64,000 nt of DNA, taken from IMG/VR virus record IMGVR_UViG_3300012984_000016, positions 10,306 through 74,305 of that record. One strand, given 5' to 3'. How positions within the stretch are numbered: the first letter of the stretch is position 1; the number at the start of each line of letters is the position of its first letter. The position numbers and the translations under genes were made by a program. Positions 8,499-17,985 of the stretch are shown here, in pieces. The stretch is from a virus. Below the pieces are notes generated by a model. That model did not search any database, was not told the origin of the DNA, and was given only the letters and a program-made list of their open reading frames with translations.

Positions 8499-8812
8499 GG
8501 CGTGTACCTCTCGATCACAACCGTCAGGCCGGTGCCCGCGAACTCAATGATCATACGAGGTTCGCGACCGTGCGTCAGCGCGTCCTTCTCGATGGCCAGG
8601 AACTCCTCGGCGCTGATCCGCCAGGACGCCTTCATCGTGGTCTTGAGTTGGTCCAGGTACTCGGGGCCCTTCACGTCCTGTGGGGCCCGCCTGCTGCTCC
8701 CGGACCCCGGCTGGACCCCGCCGCCTACCTCGCGTGCGTGGCGCTGCTCCTGGGCCTTGCTGCGGGCGTTGTTGTCCTTGCCGGGACGATCCCACCACCC
8801 GGGCTTGCTCAT
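8495..8812 (-). CDS. Hjc-type Holliday junction resolvase / PD-(D/E)xK nuclease
   Basis: QEQRHARE.GG..QPGSGS....DV......QLKTT motif. Confidence 0.65.
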   Translation of the reverse strand: MSKPGWWDRPGKDNNARSKAQEQRHAREVGGGVQPGSGSSRRAPQDVKGPEYLDQLKTTMKASWRISAEEFLAIEKDALTHGREPRMIIEFAGTGLTVVIERYTP

Positions 8813-8991
8813 GGTCCCTGCACGCTGATCGTGCCGGAGGGGTTCGTCTGGACCCCGTCGACGACGATGGTTCCCTTGACCAGTCGCCACGGCTTGCGTC
8901 CGCCATGCTTACACGGGCACGACGGAGGCGACTCGCAGTAGTGCTTGCGGTCACCCCGGTCCGCAGCGTCAGCACACTTCTGGCAGATCAC
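8809..8991 (-). CDS. Small Cys-rich hypothetical protein
   Basis: CxxC...HxC...CxCxH; coupled on both sides. Confidence 0.55.
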   Translation of the reverse strand: MICQKCADAADRGDRKHYCESPPSCPCKHGGRKPWRLVKGTIVVDGVQTNPSGTISVQGP

Positions 8992-9389
8992 GCCGTGCCG
9001 CCTGCCGTGTGGTCGTTGACCGCCTGACTCAGGTGGTCAGTCACTGACTTGGTCAGCGAGTCCAGCATCTCCTGCGGGTCCACGCGCGGCTCCGTGGCGT
9101 GGATCGGGCCGACCAGCACACCCAGCGGACCCTGCACCAGCGGCACACCCAGGATGGCAGGGTGCGTGAGTTGGGAGAACGAGAACCCTGGGCGGTCCAT
9201 GAAGTGGTTGTCATCCACGATCTTGATCTTGAGCACGTCCATGACATCCTCTGGCACCGACAGCGCCTGGATGGTCCCGATCATGCCCTCACGGATGCGC
9301 TGCATGATCACGGCGAGTTGACCGATCGCCTGGGCTGCCACCTCCGAGGGGGAGTCCTCGTCACGGTACGGTCGCACGCGGTCAGTCAT
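8988..9389 (-). CDS. Hypothetical protein
   Basis: Operon packing. Confidence 0.6.
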   Translation of the reverse strand: MTDRVRPYRDEDSPSEVAAQAIGQLAVIMQRIREGMIGTIQALSVPEDVMDVLKIKIVDDNHFMDRPGFSFSQLTHPAILGVPLVQGPLGVLVGPIHATEPRVDPQEMLDSLTKSVTDHLSQAVNDHTAGGTA

Positions 9390-10473
9390 CGTCCTCGTCC
9401 TTGTCCTCGATGATGGTGTCCGGCTCGGCGGTGTTGAAGATGTCAGTCCGCAACTCGTCCGACACCGCTACGTTGCGGAGGAGCCACTTGTGGAACTTGT
9501 TGCGGGACGACTGCTTCTCTTCTTCGTAGCCGACGACCCACCACTTGCTACCGGACTTCTTGATCAGGCCGGTGCGTCGGCCGAGGTACATCAGGTCCTC
9601 GGTGGCGTCGATGCCACCGTTGATGTAGTCGTACACGAACGTACCCTCGGCCCCGGCGATGGCCGCGCCGGTCTTGTCCTTCTCCACTCGCATGAGCACG
9701 CGGTGCCCCACGGTGGATGCCTTCTTGATCACGTCCCCGGTGTTCGGGTTGATCAACTTGCGCTGGGCCTTGATGTTCTCGGTGCGGTTCAGTTCGAGCC
9801 GGGTGCCTGCGTAGAAGGCCATGGACCGACCACCTGAGGTGGTGGTCTGCTTGGCGAAGGCGGACGCTCCGACGGCCTGTCGCGTCTGGTTGATGAAGAT
9901 GATCGCGGAGTCGGTGTTGGCCACCGTCAACTTCCGCAGCGCCTTGCTCATCAACTTCGCCTGCTCCATTCCCATGGAGCGGTCACCCATCGACGAGTCC
10001 ACCTCGGAGCGAGGGGACAGGGCTGCGATGGAGTCGATGCCGATCACGTCGTACAGGCCGGAGCGGATCTGGACCTCGGCCATGTCGATGACCTGCTCAG
10101 CATCCTCCTGCTGGATGAGCCGGAGCCGACGCAGGTCGATGCCCGCCTTCTCAGCGAAGCGAGGGTCGAACGTTCCCTCGACATCTGCGAAGCAAGCCCC
10201 GAGCCCGAGCCGCTGGGCGTTGCCCAGGGCGCGGAACGTGAGGTAGGTCTTGCCCACGTTGTAGGAGCCGTACAGTTCGAGGTAGCGGTTGCGCGCGAGC
10301 CCGCCGTCCAGCAGGTAGTCCACTGAGTCGATGCCCGTGGGGATGCGCTGGATCTTGAGGGACGGGTCCGAGCCCAACTTGATTGCACCCGGGAACTTCT
10401 TGTTGACCTCGTCCATGTGCGCGTCGCGCTTCTGGTCCATGGTCAACTCGGCTGTTGCTGAACGACGGGGCAC
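9382..10473 (-). CDS. recA: RecA-like recombinase
   Basis: IPTG..SVD.LL.GG, Walker A GSYNVGKT, IDSIAAL, QAKLMSKALRKL, IFINQ, TTSGG. Confidence 0.95.
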   Translation of the reverse strand: MPRRSATAELTMDQKRDAHMDEVNKKFPGAIKLGSDPSLKIQRIPTGIDSVDYLLDGGLARNRYLELYGSYNVGKTYLTFRALGNAQRLGLGACFADVEGTFDPRFAEKAGIDLRRLRLIQQEDAEQVIDMAEVQIRSGLYDVIGIDSIAALSPRSEVDSSMGDRSMGMEQAKLMSKALRKLTVANTDSAIIFINQTRQAVGASAFAKQTTTSGGRSMAFYAGTRLELNRTENIKAQRKLINPNTGDVIKKASTVGHRVLMRVEKDKTGAAIAGAEGTFVYDYINGGIDATEDLMYLGRRTGLIKKSGSKWWVVGYEEEKQSSRNKFHKWLLRNVAVSDELRTDIFNTAEPDTIIEDKDEDDD

Positions 10474-10476
10474 GGC

Positions 10477-13400
10477 TCAGTCCTCCCTGGGTACGTGCTT
10501 GATGACCTTGATGCTGGACGCCTTCCCACACGAGAGGTTGAGCCAGCGCGGCTCCCACTCACCGCGACACTGGACAAGTGATCCTACGCCTGCCGACCAG
10601 TGCTTGCTGGTCTCCGACCACAGCCGGATGTCGAAGTCCTCGACCGGTGACCACCGGATGTTCCAGGTCAGGTATTTCTTACCGGTCTTGGTCTCGCCCT
10701 CGCGGATCTTGGTGATCACTCCGACCAGGCACACGTCCTCGCCCGTGAGCGACTCCTCGGGCAGGACCACCTCACTCTGGTACTTCTCCCGGTACTTCTT
10801 CATGCGGTCCTTGAACTGCCACTTGAGCAACTCCTCGGTGCGGTGCGGGTCACCAGGCACACCGATGGACTCGAACACTGAGGCTTCAGTCAGGGTCTTC
10901 ATGTAGCCCACGTTGTTGACTTCCAGGGACACGTCCTCGACCGACTGGAACCCCTTCTTCGGGCGGTTGTTCATGAGCCGCTCGCCGACCTTGATGCCGA
11001 TGCCAGCGATGTCGGTGAAGCCGAAGCGGATGATCTTCTTCTTGGCATGAGCCGTGGCCAGCGCGTCCGAGGTGTTGATGTCCGGCGGTGCGATCTTGCC
11101 ACCGAACTCCATGGCCTCGCGCATGTAGATGTCGCGGCGCTCCGCGTTGTCCTTGTTGTTCGGCACGGTGCGCAGCAGGGCGGTGATGTACTCGATGGGG
11201 TACATGCACTTGAGCCGAGCGGTCTGGTAGGTGAGCAGGGTGTAGGCCGCTGCGTGCGAGCGGTTGTAGCCGTACCCGGCGTACCCCTCGATCATCTTCC
11301 AAATCTCCTCGGCGGTCTCCTTCGGGATGCCCGAGGTCTTCTTGCAGCCCTTGATGAACGCGGGGCGCATGGCCTGCATGTCGTCCGACGACTTGTCCTT
11401 GATCGCTTCCTTGATGTCATCCATGCCCGCGTCGTCGAAGCCCGCCAGGGTGCGTCCGAACTCCATGACCTGCTCCTGGTAGAGCACGACGCCCCACGTG
11501 TCCTCCAGGATCGGCTTGAGGGCCGGGTGTGCGTACTGGATGCCCGCCTTGCCCAGCCGTCGGTTCTTGTTGAAGATGTCGGGGAAGCCCGCGCTCATGG
11601 CACCCGTGCGGTAGAGGCTCGTGATCGAGATGAGGTCCTCGAAGTTCTTCGGCTTCACGTCGCGGCACCCGCGTCGGTTGGCCGGTCCCTCCATCTGGAA
11701 CACGCCCGCTGTCTTGCCCTTCGCCAGCATGGCGTAGACCTTGTCATCGCCAGGCTCGTTGTCGGGATCCCAGAAGTCCGGCTCGATGTCCAGCCCGCGA
11801 CGTTCCTTGAGAATCTTCAGGCACTCGTCGATGGTGTCCAGGGTGCGGAGGCCGAGGATGTCTTCCTTGAGGAAGCCCATCGCGTCGACGGCCTTCTTGT
11901 CGTACTGACCGATCATCCGCTTGGACGAAGGGATCCAGGCCTCGGGGATCTGCTTGCGGATGTTGGCCGAAGGGTCGGCGATGATGATGCCCGCAGGGTG
12001 AGCAGCGATCTGCTTCTTCAGCCCGCGCAGTTGCATCAGCATGGCGATGACCTCGGGGTAGTCCGCCATGAGTTGCTCAGGGATGAAGGCCTCGCCGGTC
12101 TCCTTGTCTTCGTAGATGCCCTTGTTCAGGTTGATGGCCTCCTGGCGCGGGATGCCGTTGGCGATGGCCACCGCGTTGAATGCTGACTTTGCACGGAGGT
12201 GACCGAAGGCTGCCACCGACATGGTGTTCTCAACACCGTACTTGTCGATGACGTAGTCGAAGACTTCACCGCGACGGAGTTGCGAGAAGTCCGAGTCGAT
12301 GTCGGGCATCTTCGGGCGGGCCGGGTTGAGGAACCGCTCGAACAGCAGGGTGTACTTGATCGGGTCGCAGCGGTGGATGTCCAGCAGGTATCCCACAAGG
12401 GTGCCAGCCGCCGACCCTCGACCGGGGCCGACCCGGATGCCCACGGACCGTGCGTAGGTGATGATGTCCGCAGTGATCAGCATGAAGTGCGCGATCTTCG
12501 CCTGCTTGTACACCTTGAGTTCTGACTTGAGCCGGGAGGTGTACCGCTCGTCACCGTCCAACCCGAGTTCCTTGAGCCGCGTCTTGCACATGCGCTTCAT
12601 CTCGGCGTCGGCATCTTCCACGCCGGGGAACTTGGGGATCTGGAACGTCTTGGACTCCCACGCCGGGATGCGTGTGTAGGAGTCCTTGGCGATCTGCAGG
12701 TTGGTGGCCACGCCGTTCTTCCAGTGCTTGGCACCGTAGGGCGACATGGTCTGCTTCATCTCGTCGTACGACTTCAGCCAGTAGCCCTCGCCCTCGAACC
12801 GGAACCGGTTGGGGTCCGTCACGTCCGAGGCGGTCTGGATCGCCAGCAGGGTGTCGTGCGCCATGGCGTCGTGCTCGTCCGCGAAGTGCGGGTCGTTCGT
12901 GATGACGTGCTGCAGGTTGTACTTCTTGGCCATGGCGATCAGCGCCGTGTTCAACCGGAGGTCGAAGGGCGTGTCGTGGTGCATGGTCTCGATGTAGTAG
13001 TGGGGGAAGGTCTCGCGCCACCACAGCAACTCGGTGACCGCCCGCTCCTCTGCGTCGTCCTCGTCGCTCAGGAGGGCCTTGGAGAGCGCAGAACCCGCGC
13101 ACCCAGACAGGACGGTCAGATGCTTCGCGTCGTCTCCCAGGGCCTCCAGGATGCCTCGGTCGACCAGCGGCTTGAAGTAGAAGTTGCGGTGGCTCTCGGA
13201 GGACAGTTCCGACAGCACCTCGTACCCTCGTGCCCCACGGGCCAGGATGCTGATGTGCCGCTGGTCCTTCTGGCCCTGCGCCTTGTCCGCCCGGTGGCTC
13301 GCCACGTCCGGGACGAAGTAGAACTCCTCGCCGATGATCGGCTCCACGCCTTCCTTGCGGCACGCCTTGTAGAACTCAGGTGCGCCGGGGAGCCAGCCGT

Positions 13401-13527
13401 GGTCGGTCAGTGCCAGTGCAGAGAACCCCAGAGACCCTGCTTTCGCAGCGTACCCGGCGACTGTAGCCGCACCATCCAGCATGCTGTTGTCGCTGTGGTT
13501 ATGCAAGTGGATGAAGTCGCTAGGCAC
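10477..13527 (-). CDS. dnaE: DNA polymerase III alpha subunit
   Basis: PHP motifs HLHNHS/TDHG/TNDPH, GPGRGSAAG, PDIDSDF, KEDILGL, YQEQVM, YNRSHA, C-terminal OB fold. Confidence 0.97.
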   Translation of the reverse strand: MPSDFIHLHNHSDNSMLDGAATVAGYAAKAGSLGFSALALTDHGWLPGAPEFYKACRKEGVEPIIGEEFYFVPDVASHRADKAQGQKDQRHISILARGARGYEVLSELSSESHRNFYFKPLVDRGILEALGDDAKHLTVLSGCAGSALSKALLSDEDDAEERAVTELLWWRETFPHYYIETMHHDTPFDLRLNTALIAMAKKYNLQHVITNDPHFADEHDAMAHDTLLAIQTASDVTDPNRFRFEGEGYWLKSYDEMKQTMSPYGAKHWKNGVATNLQIAKDSYTRIPAWESKTFQIPKFPGVEDADAEMKRMCKTRLKELGLDGDERYTSRLKSELKVYKQAKIAHFMLITADIITYARSVGIRVGPGRGSAAGTLVGYLLDIHRCDPIKYTLLFERFLNPARPKMPDIDSDFSQLRRGEVFDYVIDKYGVENTMSVAAFGHLRAKSAFNAVAIANGIPRQEAINLNKGIYEDKETGEAFIPEQLMADYPEVIAMLMQLRGLKKQIAAHPAGIIIADPSANIRKQIPEAWIPSSKRMIGQYDKKAVDAMGFLKEDILGLRTLDTIDECLKILKERRGLDIEPDFWDPDNEPGDDKVYAMLAKGKTAGVFQMEGPANRRGCRDVKPKNFEDLISITSLYRTGAMSAGFPDIFNKNRRLGKAGIQYAHPALKPILEDTWGVVLYQEQVMEFGRTLAGFDDAGMDDIKEAIKDKSSDDMQAMRPAFIKGCKKTSGIPKETAEEIWKMIEGYAGYGYNRSHAAAYTLLTYQTARLKCMYPIEYITALLRTVPNNKDNAERRDIYMREAMEFGGKIAPPDINTSDALATAHAKKKIIRFGFTDIAGIGIKVGERLMNNRPKKGFQSVEDVSLEVNNVGYMKTLTEASVFESIGVPGDPHRTEELLKWQFKDRMKKYREKYQSEVVLPEESLTGEDVCLVGVITKIREGETKTGKKYLTWNIRWSPVEDFDIRLWSETSKHWSAGVGSLVQCRGEWEPRWLNLSCGKASSIKVIKHVPRED

Positions 13528-13558
13528 GATTCCTCAATCCTCTCTGGGGTTCTCTGGC

Positions 13559-14749
13559 TTACTCGGACGGGACGTGCGATGCGAACATCCAGTCCAGGAC
13601 TTCGGTGGGAACCTTCTCACCCGTGATCGGGTGCGGGCCACGGAGATGGTCGACCACGTCCTCGTGCCCCTTCTTGTGCCAGCGGTGGTAGTAGTAGAAC
13701 CGGGCCTGAGCGAGGCCGAGCACCGGGTCCATGCAGCCGAGGAGGGTGTGCGCCGCCTTGAGGTCGAACCCCTTCTTGTACAGGGTGTGGGCCGCGAACG
13801 CCTCCAGCAGGCCGATCCAGGACACCGGCACTTCCTGGTGCGCGTTGAACAGCAGGGACTCGACCTGATCCCACTCGCACGTGCGGAGTGCCATCTCGTA
13901 CGAGCGGACCGACGCGAGCACCTCGTCCGTGAGGTCGGCGGTCTCCCACGTCCAGTGACCACCGAAGCCCCAGCCGTCCTGCACCGCCTGGTACAGGTCG
14001 AACTCGGCGATGTCCTCGGCCTCCGCGTGGTGGTACTCGTAGGCGTGCAGGGAGTCGGCGACGTGCGTGTACGTGCCGACGGGGATGCCCAGGCGACCGG
14101 CGATGTACCGCTGCATGGACATCCACTGGATGAAGTTGTAGGGCGTGCCCCACATGACATCGTTGGACCGCAGGATCTGCAGCCAGTCCAGGCGACCGTC
14201 CCGGATCATCAGGTGCGCCATGAGGTTACAGGCGCGGTCCTTGGTCTCGCGGCGGACCTCCTCGAAGGCGTAGTTGTCAGTGTCCGAGGGGACGCGCATC
14301 GGCTGGTACGCCCGGTCGTGCGACGGCAGCGTGATGGTGAGCACGGCCTGGCGGGTCTCGGGGTCCTCGGTAAGCAGGCGGACCACGTCCTCGATCTGGT
14401 CGTGACCGTGGGCGTAGCGCAGGCGGTAGCCGTACGCCGCGTTGAAGGTCTCACCGTCGTCGGAGTAGTCACCGATCTTGGAGTTGTAGTGCTTGAGCAT
14501 CTCCACGTCGTTCTGCCCACCCAGGATCCACAGGACCTCGGCGAAGGCGAAGGTGACGTTGACCGGTCGGCCGAAGGCGGTGACCACCGGGCGCAGCGGG
14601 TCGTCGATGATGATCGTGGCGGGGTGGATCTCAAGGGTGGGTGCCACCCGAGAGGGGACCTGCTTGCCGCCGCCCATGACCGCCGCTACCGCAGCGGGGT
14701 ACACGACGTTGGCGTTCGGCCCCTTGATGATCGCTTCGTTGGTGGTCAC
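13559..14749 (-). CDS. Thymidylate synthase homologue, probable dUMP hydroxymethylase
   Basis: FAEVLWIL.G, AYGYRL, TRQAV, catalytic ACN, RSNDVMWGTPYN, SLHAY; long C-terminal extension. Confidence 0.8.
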   Translation of the reverse strand: MTTNEAIIKGPNANVVYPAAVAAVMGGGKQVPSRVAPTLEIHPATIIIDDPLRPVVTAFGRPVNVTFAFAEVLWILGGQNDVEMLKHYNSKIGDYSDDGETFNAAYGYRLRYAHGHDQIEDVVRLLTEDPETRQAVLTITLPSHDRAYQPMRVPSDTDNYAFEEVRRETKDRACNLMAHLMIRDGRLDWLQILRSNDVMWGTPYNFIQWMSMQRYIAGRLGIPVGTYTHVADSLHAYEYHHAEAEDIAEFDLYQAVQDGWGFGGHWTWETADLTDEVLASVRSYEMALRTCEWDQVESLLFNAHQEVPVSWIGLLEAFAAHTLYKKGFDLKAAHTLLGCMDPVLGLAQARFYYYHRWHKKGHEDVVDHLRGPHPITGEKVPTEVLDWMFASHVPSE

Positions 14750-15393
14750 TTGGAACCCTCCGGGTAGGTGAAGCCGCGCCGCGTGAGGTGCTCAGCGATG
14801 AACGCGGTGGTCTCGCCCCGGGGAAGGTGCGGGACCAGGATGGTGATGTCCTCGTGGCGCTGGGCCAGGTACTCGTAGTTCTCCAGCACCTGCTTGTTGT
14901 TGCTCTTGTCCTTGGCGAACGGCTCCAGGAACATGAACACGATGTCGGGCATGCACCCTTGCGTGGGCAGCCGAGCGAGGTCGATGAACTCGTCCGCTGT
15001 CATCTGGGTTCGCATGTCCTTGACCCACCCGTAGGCGAAGGTCGAGAACCAGTTGCGATCCAGGAACACCGACTCGGCGTCGGAGTGGAGCCGGGGTACG
15101 ATGACGTTCTCGTACATCTCACAGTGTGCCGCAAGGTGCAGGAACTGCCGGGTGAGCGGGAGGTGCTTCTTCCAGTTCACGTCCTCGGTGAGGCCGTAGA
15201 TCTTGGCACCGAGTTCCGAGCCGCCGCTGGGCGAGTGCGTGAACACCGGCTTGCCGGAGTACAGGGGCTCGCCCTGCTCGGGCGCGTACACGGCCCGCTC
15301 GAAGCGGTCCATCTGGGTTGACTTGCCTGTGGCGTCCAGCCCCTCGAACACGATGAAGGAGGAGGGCTTGAGGATCAGCGGCAACTTGAACAC
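14746..15393 (-). CDS. tmk: Thymidylate/dNMP kinase
   Basis: FEGLDATGKSTQ P-loop, LDR, PD motif. Confidence 0.85.
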   Translation of the reverse strand: MFKLPLILKPSSFIVFEGLDATGKSTQMDRFERAVYAPEQGEPLYSGKPVFTHSPSGGSELGAKIYGLTEDVNWKKHLPLTRQFLHLAAHCEMYENVIVPRLHSDAESVFLDRNWFSTFAYGWVKDMRTQMTADEFIDLARLPTQGCMPDIVFMFLEPFAKDKSNNKQVLENYEYLAQRHEDITILVPHLPRGETTAFIAEHLTRRGFTYPEGSK

Positions 15394-15471
15394 GTGGGTG
15401 ACTCCAGGGTGAGGATGGCGTGACCCCCGCGTCCGATGGTTCTGAACACGAGGGTCACGACCGATGGTCCG

Positions 15472-16158
15472 TCAGGCTGCCTTCTTCTTCTTGCCCTTCT
15501 TCTTCTTGGACTTCTCGAGCCCGGTGGCCTGCTCGTCGATGTCGTCCTTGGCGTCGAGCGCCGAGGTGTCGGGCATCTCCGAGCCGAAGTAGCGACGGGC
15601 CTCCTCGTCGACGTACTTCTGCAGGTCGATCGGCTTCTTGTCACCGATGTCCTTGATCGGCTTGAGGTCCGAGGAGGACACGTCGTACGAGACCGGCTGC
15701 GTGGGGTACTTGGCCACGTCGTAGGCCTTCTTGACGAACTTCTCGGGAGCCGCCGAGTAGCGGTAGAACAGGCGCGTGGAGAGGTCCTTCGGACCCTCCA
15801 GGATCATGACCTTCTTCTCCTTGAAGTTCCACACGTTGGCGGCGAACCGGTAGGAGGTCTTGCTGATGTTCTGGTCCTCGTCGAGGCAGAGCGGGCAGTT
15901 GTCACCGAGGCACGGCACGTAGTGCCACTTGGTGTCCTTCCACACGTGCTGCTCGAACTCCAGGAACCCCTGGGGGTTGTCCGGGTTCATCAGGCACTGG
16001 ATCGACACGGAGTCGCCCTGGCGCATGCGGATCGCGAGGCCGAAGTTGGACGAGCCCTTCGACTCCATGCGGTTCTTGTTCAGGCCGCTGAACGTCTTGA
16101 CGGACAGCCCACCCTTGGCCTTGGCCTGGACGGTGGTCCCGCCCTTGTTCTTTGCCAT
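15472..16158 (-). CDS. gp32-like single-stranded DNA-binding protein
   Basis: H...C....CPLC zinc motif, NVW...KVMIL pattern; located in replication operon. Confidence 0.7.
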   Translation of the reverse strand: MAKNKGGTTVQAKAKGGLSVKTFSGLNKNRMESKGSSNFGLAIRMRQGDSVSIQCLMNPDNPQGFLEFEQHVWKDTKWHYVPCLGDNCPLCLDEDQNISKTSYRFAANVWNFKEKKVMILEGPKDLSTRLFYRYSAAPEKFVKKAYDVAKYPTQPVSYDVSSSDLKPIKDIGDKKPIDLQKYVDEEARRYFGSEMPDTSALDAKDDIDEQATGLEKSKKKKGKKKKAA

Positions 16159-16192
16159 GCGTCTCCTCGGTTCCTGGCCCTTGTGTGGCCGG

Positions 16193-16396
16193 TCAGGTCT
16201 TGTTGGCTTGGAGGTCCTTGACCAGGTCCTCGACCGCTTCCATGTCCTCAGCGTCGAGGCCCGCACCGTAGATGCGCAGGTCGCCGTCCTTGAACACGAA
16301 CGCTACGAATGGCGCTTCCTGCATGTCCGTCAGCAACCGCTTCGCACGCTCGATGGAGAGGCGCGACACGGGGGAGACAGTCTCAGTAGTAGCCAC
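16193..16396 (-). CDS. Hypothetical protein (probably leaderless)
   Basis: GTG lies 6 nt after TAACAT. Confidence 0.6.
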   Translation of the reverse strand: MATTETVSPVSRLSIERAKRLLTDMQEAPFVAFVFKDGDLRIYGAGLDAEDMEAVEDLVKDLQANKT

Positions 16397-16402
16397 ACCT
16401 TC

Positions 16403-16411
16403 ATGTTACGC
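16403..16411 (-). promoter_or_regulatory. Extended -10 element GCGTAACAT
   Basis: Recurring motif; 6 nt before start codon. Confidence 0.6.
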
Positions 16412-16415
16412 GAAC

Positions 16416-16844
16416 TCACGCGTAACGGCGGTCGGCCTTCTCCTGCTCTTCCAGGAACCGGGTGCCGTGCTCCGCGACCGCGATGTACCAGTCCTCAGCG
16501 GAGGCCTCGGAGGGGAGGAGGGCGGCGACTGCTGCGGCCACGTCCTCGTTGTCCATGTGGATCAGTCCGTGCTTCGGCTGGCGCATCCCGGTCCGGTAGT
16601 GACGGATGAGGGAGATGACCTTGTTCTTCGCCGAGCCCTGGAACAGGGTGTTGAACGATGCGCCCTTCTCGGGGTCGTACCCCTCGACGCACTTCCACAG
16701 GATGATGTACAACTCCTGCTCGATGTCTTCCTGGTCCATCTGCGGGAGCGCCGAGCGGGCGTTCCTCGCGAAGGTGGAGATCGTGCCCCGGTAGCGCTCG
16801 ATCGCGCGGTCGAGGTTTGTGCATGATTCGAGGGGAGCGTGCAT
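16416..16844 (-). CDS. Sigma70-family region-2 protein (short sigma-like factor)
   Basis: DQEDIEQELYIILWKCVEGYDPEKGASFNT. Confidence 0.75.
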   Translation of the reverse strand: MHAPLESCTNLDRAIERYRGTISTFARNARSALPQMDQEDIEQELYIILWKCVEGYDPEKGASFNTLFQGSAKNKVISLIRHYRTGMRQPKHGLIHMDNEDVAAAVAALLPSEASAEDWYIAVAEHGTRFLEEQEKADRRYA

Positions 16845-16935
16845 CGTGTCGTCCGTTCGCCTGGGTCCGAGGACCGGGGGCCAACCCGATCCGCTCTGAG
16901 GCCATTCTGCCCTACCGGCTCATGACAACCGGGAA

Positions 16936-17985
16936 CTAGGTTGGGTGAACTTGGTCGAGTTCCTTCCGCCACCTGAGGTAGGGGACGCGCCGAGCCATCA
17001 TGACCTCAACGTCTACTGGGAATAGGTCTTCCGGGTCCGAGGCCCTCAGCCGGGTGCCGTCCTTCTCCAGCCGCTTCTTCATCATCCACGGGGAGTACTG
17101 CCCGATGTACACCGGCATGCGAGTGCAAAGGGCATCACCGACCCGGCGCGACCAGATCAGCCCTGCGGCATCCCGGTCGGGGAGCAGGGTCACCGAGTTG
17201 TACTGTCCGAGCCAGCGGACCTTGATGTCACCCATGCGCGAGCCGAGCAGGCCCAGCGCCGGGTAGCCGCACTGGTCGATCCACTGCGTGTCCAGCCCGC
17301 CCTCGACGATGGCGATGTCCCGGGCCGAGCCGTGGAGGTCCACGCCGTACCACAGTTCAGACAACTCGACGCCCGGGGTGTACAGGTACTTCGGCTGCCA
17401 CGACAGGGAGTCCGGGGTGGCCATGTAGCACCACGCCTCGATCTTCCCCTTCGCATTCTTGACCGGCATGGCGATCACGGACTCGAGAGTGAACTCACCC
17501 TTGTTGCCCAGCAGTGTGACCTTGTCCACCCAGCGCAGATCCCACCGCTCGAACGTGGCAGGCGTGAACCACCGCTCCAGTAGCGGAGTCGCTTGCCGTT
17601 TCCGAAGACGGTCGGGGTGGTCGGGCAGGTCCACCTTGCGCTTGCCCTTGGGTGGCTTGGCGTTGGTGGCAGCCCGCGCCAACTTGCGACGGAGCGCCGA
17701 CATCATGGCGTCCGGTGTGCGGGGCTTGAGCATGCGCTCGACCTCGGGCCGAGGCAGGCCCAGCACCAGCGCGCCTAGAGCCACCAGATCGCCGCCAGCG
17801 CCGCAGGAGAAGCAGTTCCAGTAGCCGGTGCCGACGTTGACCGCGCACGACGGGCGGGAGTCGACATGCTTGGGGTCCGGGCACAGCATGTCCAGTTCCG
17901 GACCGCGCTCGGTTACCTCCAGGTGGAAGATGTCCTCCACCACAGCCTTGACATCGTCGACCCCGTAGTCTATTGCGCTAGGCAC
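16936..17985 (-). CDS. DNA primase (CHC2 zinc finger plus TOPRIM)
   Basis: CP...H.D..PS...WNCFSC; VEG.LD; PDRDAAG; SDP. Confidence 0.85.
   Translation of the reverse strand: MPSAIDYGVDDVKAVVEDIFHLEVTERGPELDMLCPDPKHVDSRPSCAVNVGTGYWNCFSCGAGGDLVALGALVLGLPRPEVERMLKPRTPDAMMSALRRKLARAATNAKPPKGKRKVDLPDHPDRLRKRQATPLLERWFTPATFERWDLRWVDKVTLLGNKGEFTLESVIAMPVKNAKGKIEAWCYMATPDSLSWQPKYLYTPGVELSELWYGVDLHGSARDIAIVEGGLDTQWIDQCGYPALGLLGSRMGDIKVRWLGQYNSVTLLPDRDAAGLIWSRRVGDALCTRMPVYIGQYSPWMMKKRLEKDGTRLRASDPEDLFPVDVEVMMARRVPYLRWRKELDQVHPT

Noticed and set aside
10477-13527. Intein or intron in DnaE, TerL, RecA or DnaB
   Set aside because: Lengths are normal and no splicing motifs or frame breaks were seen
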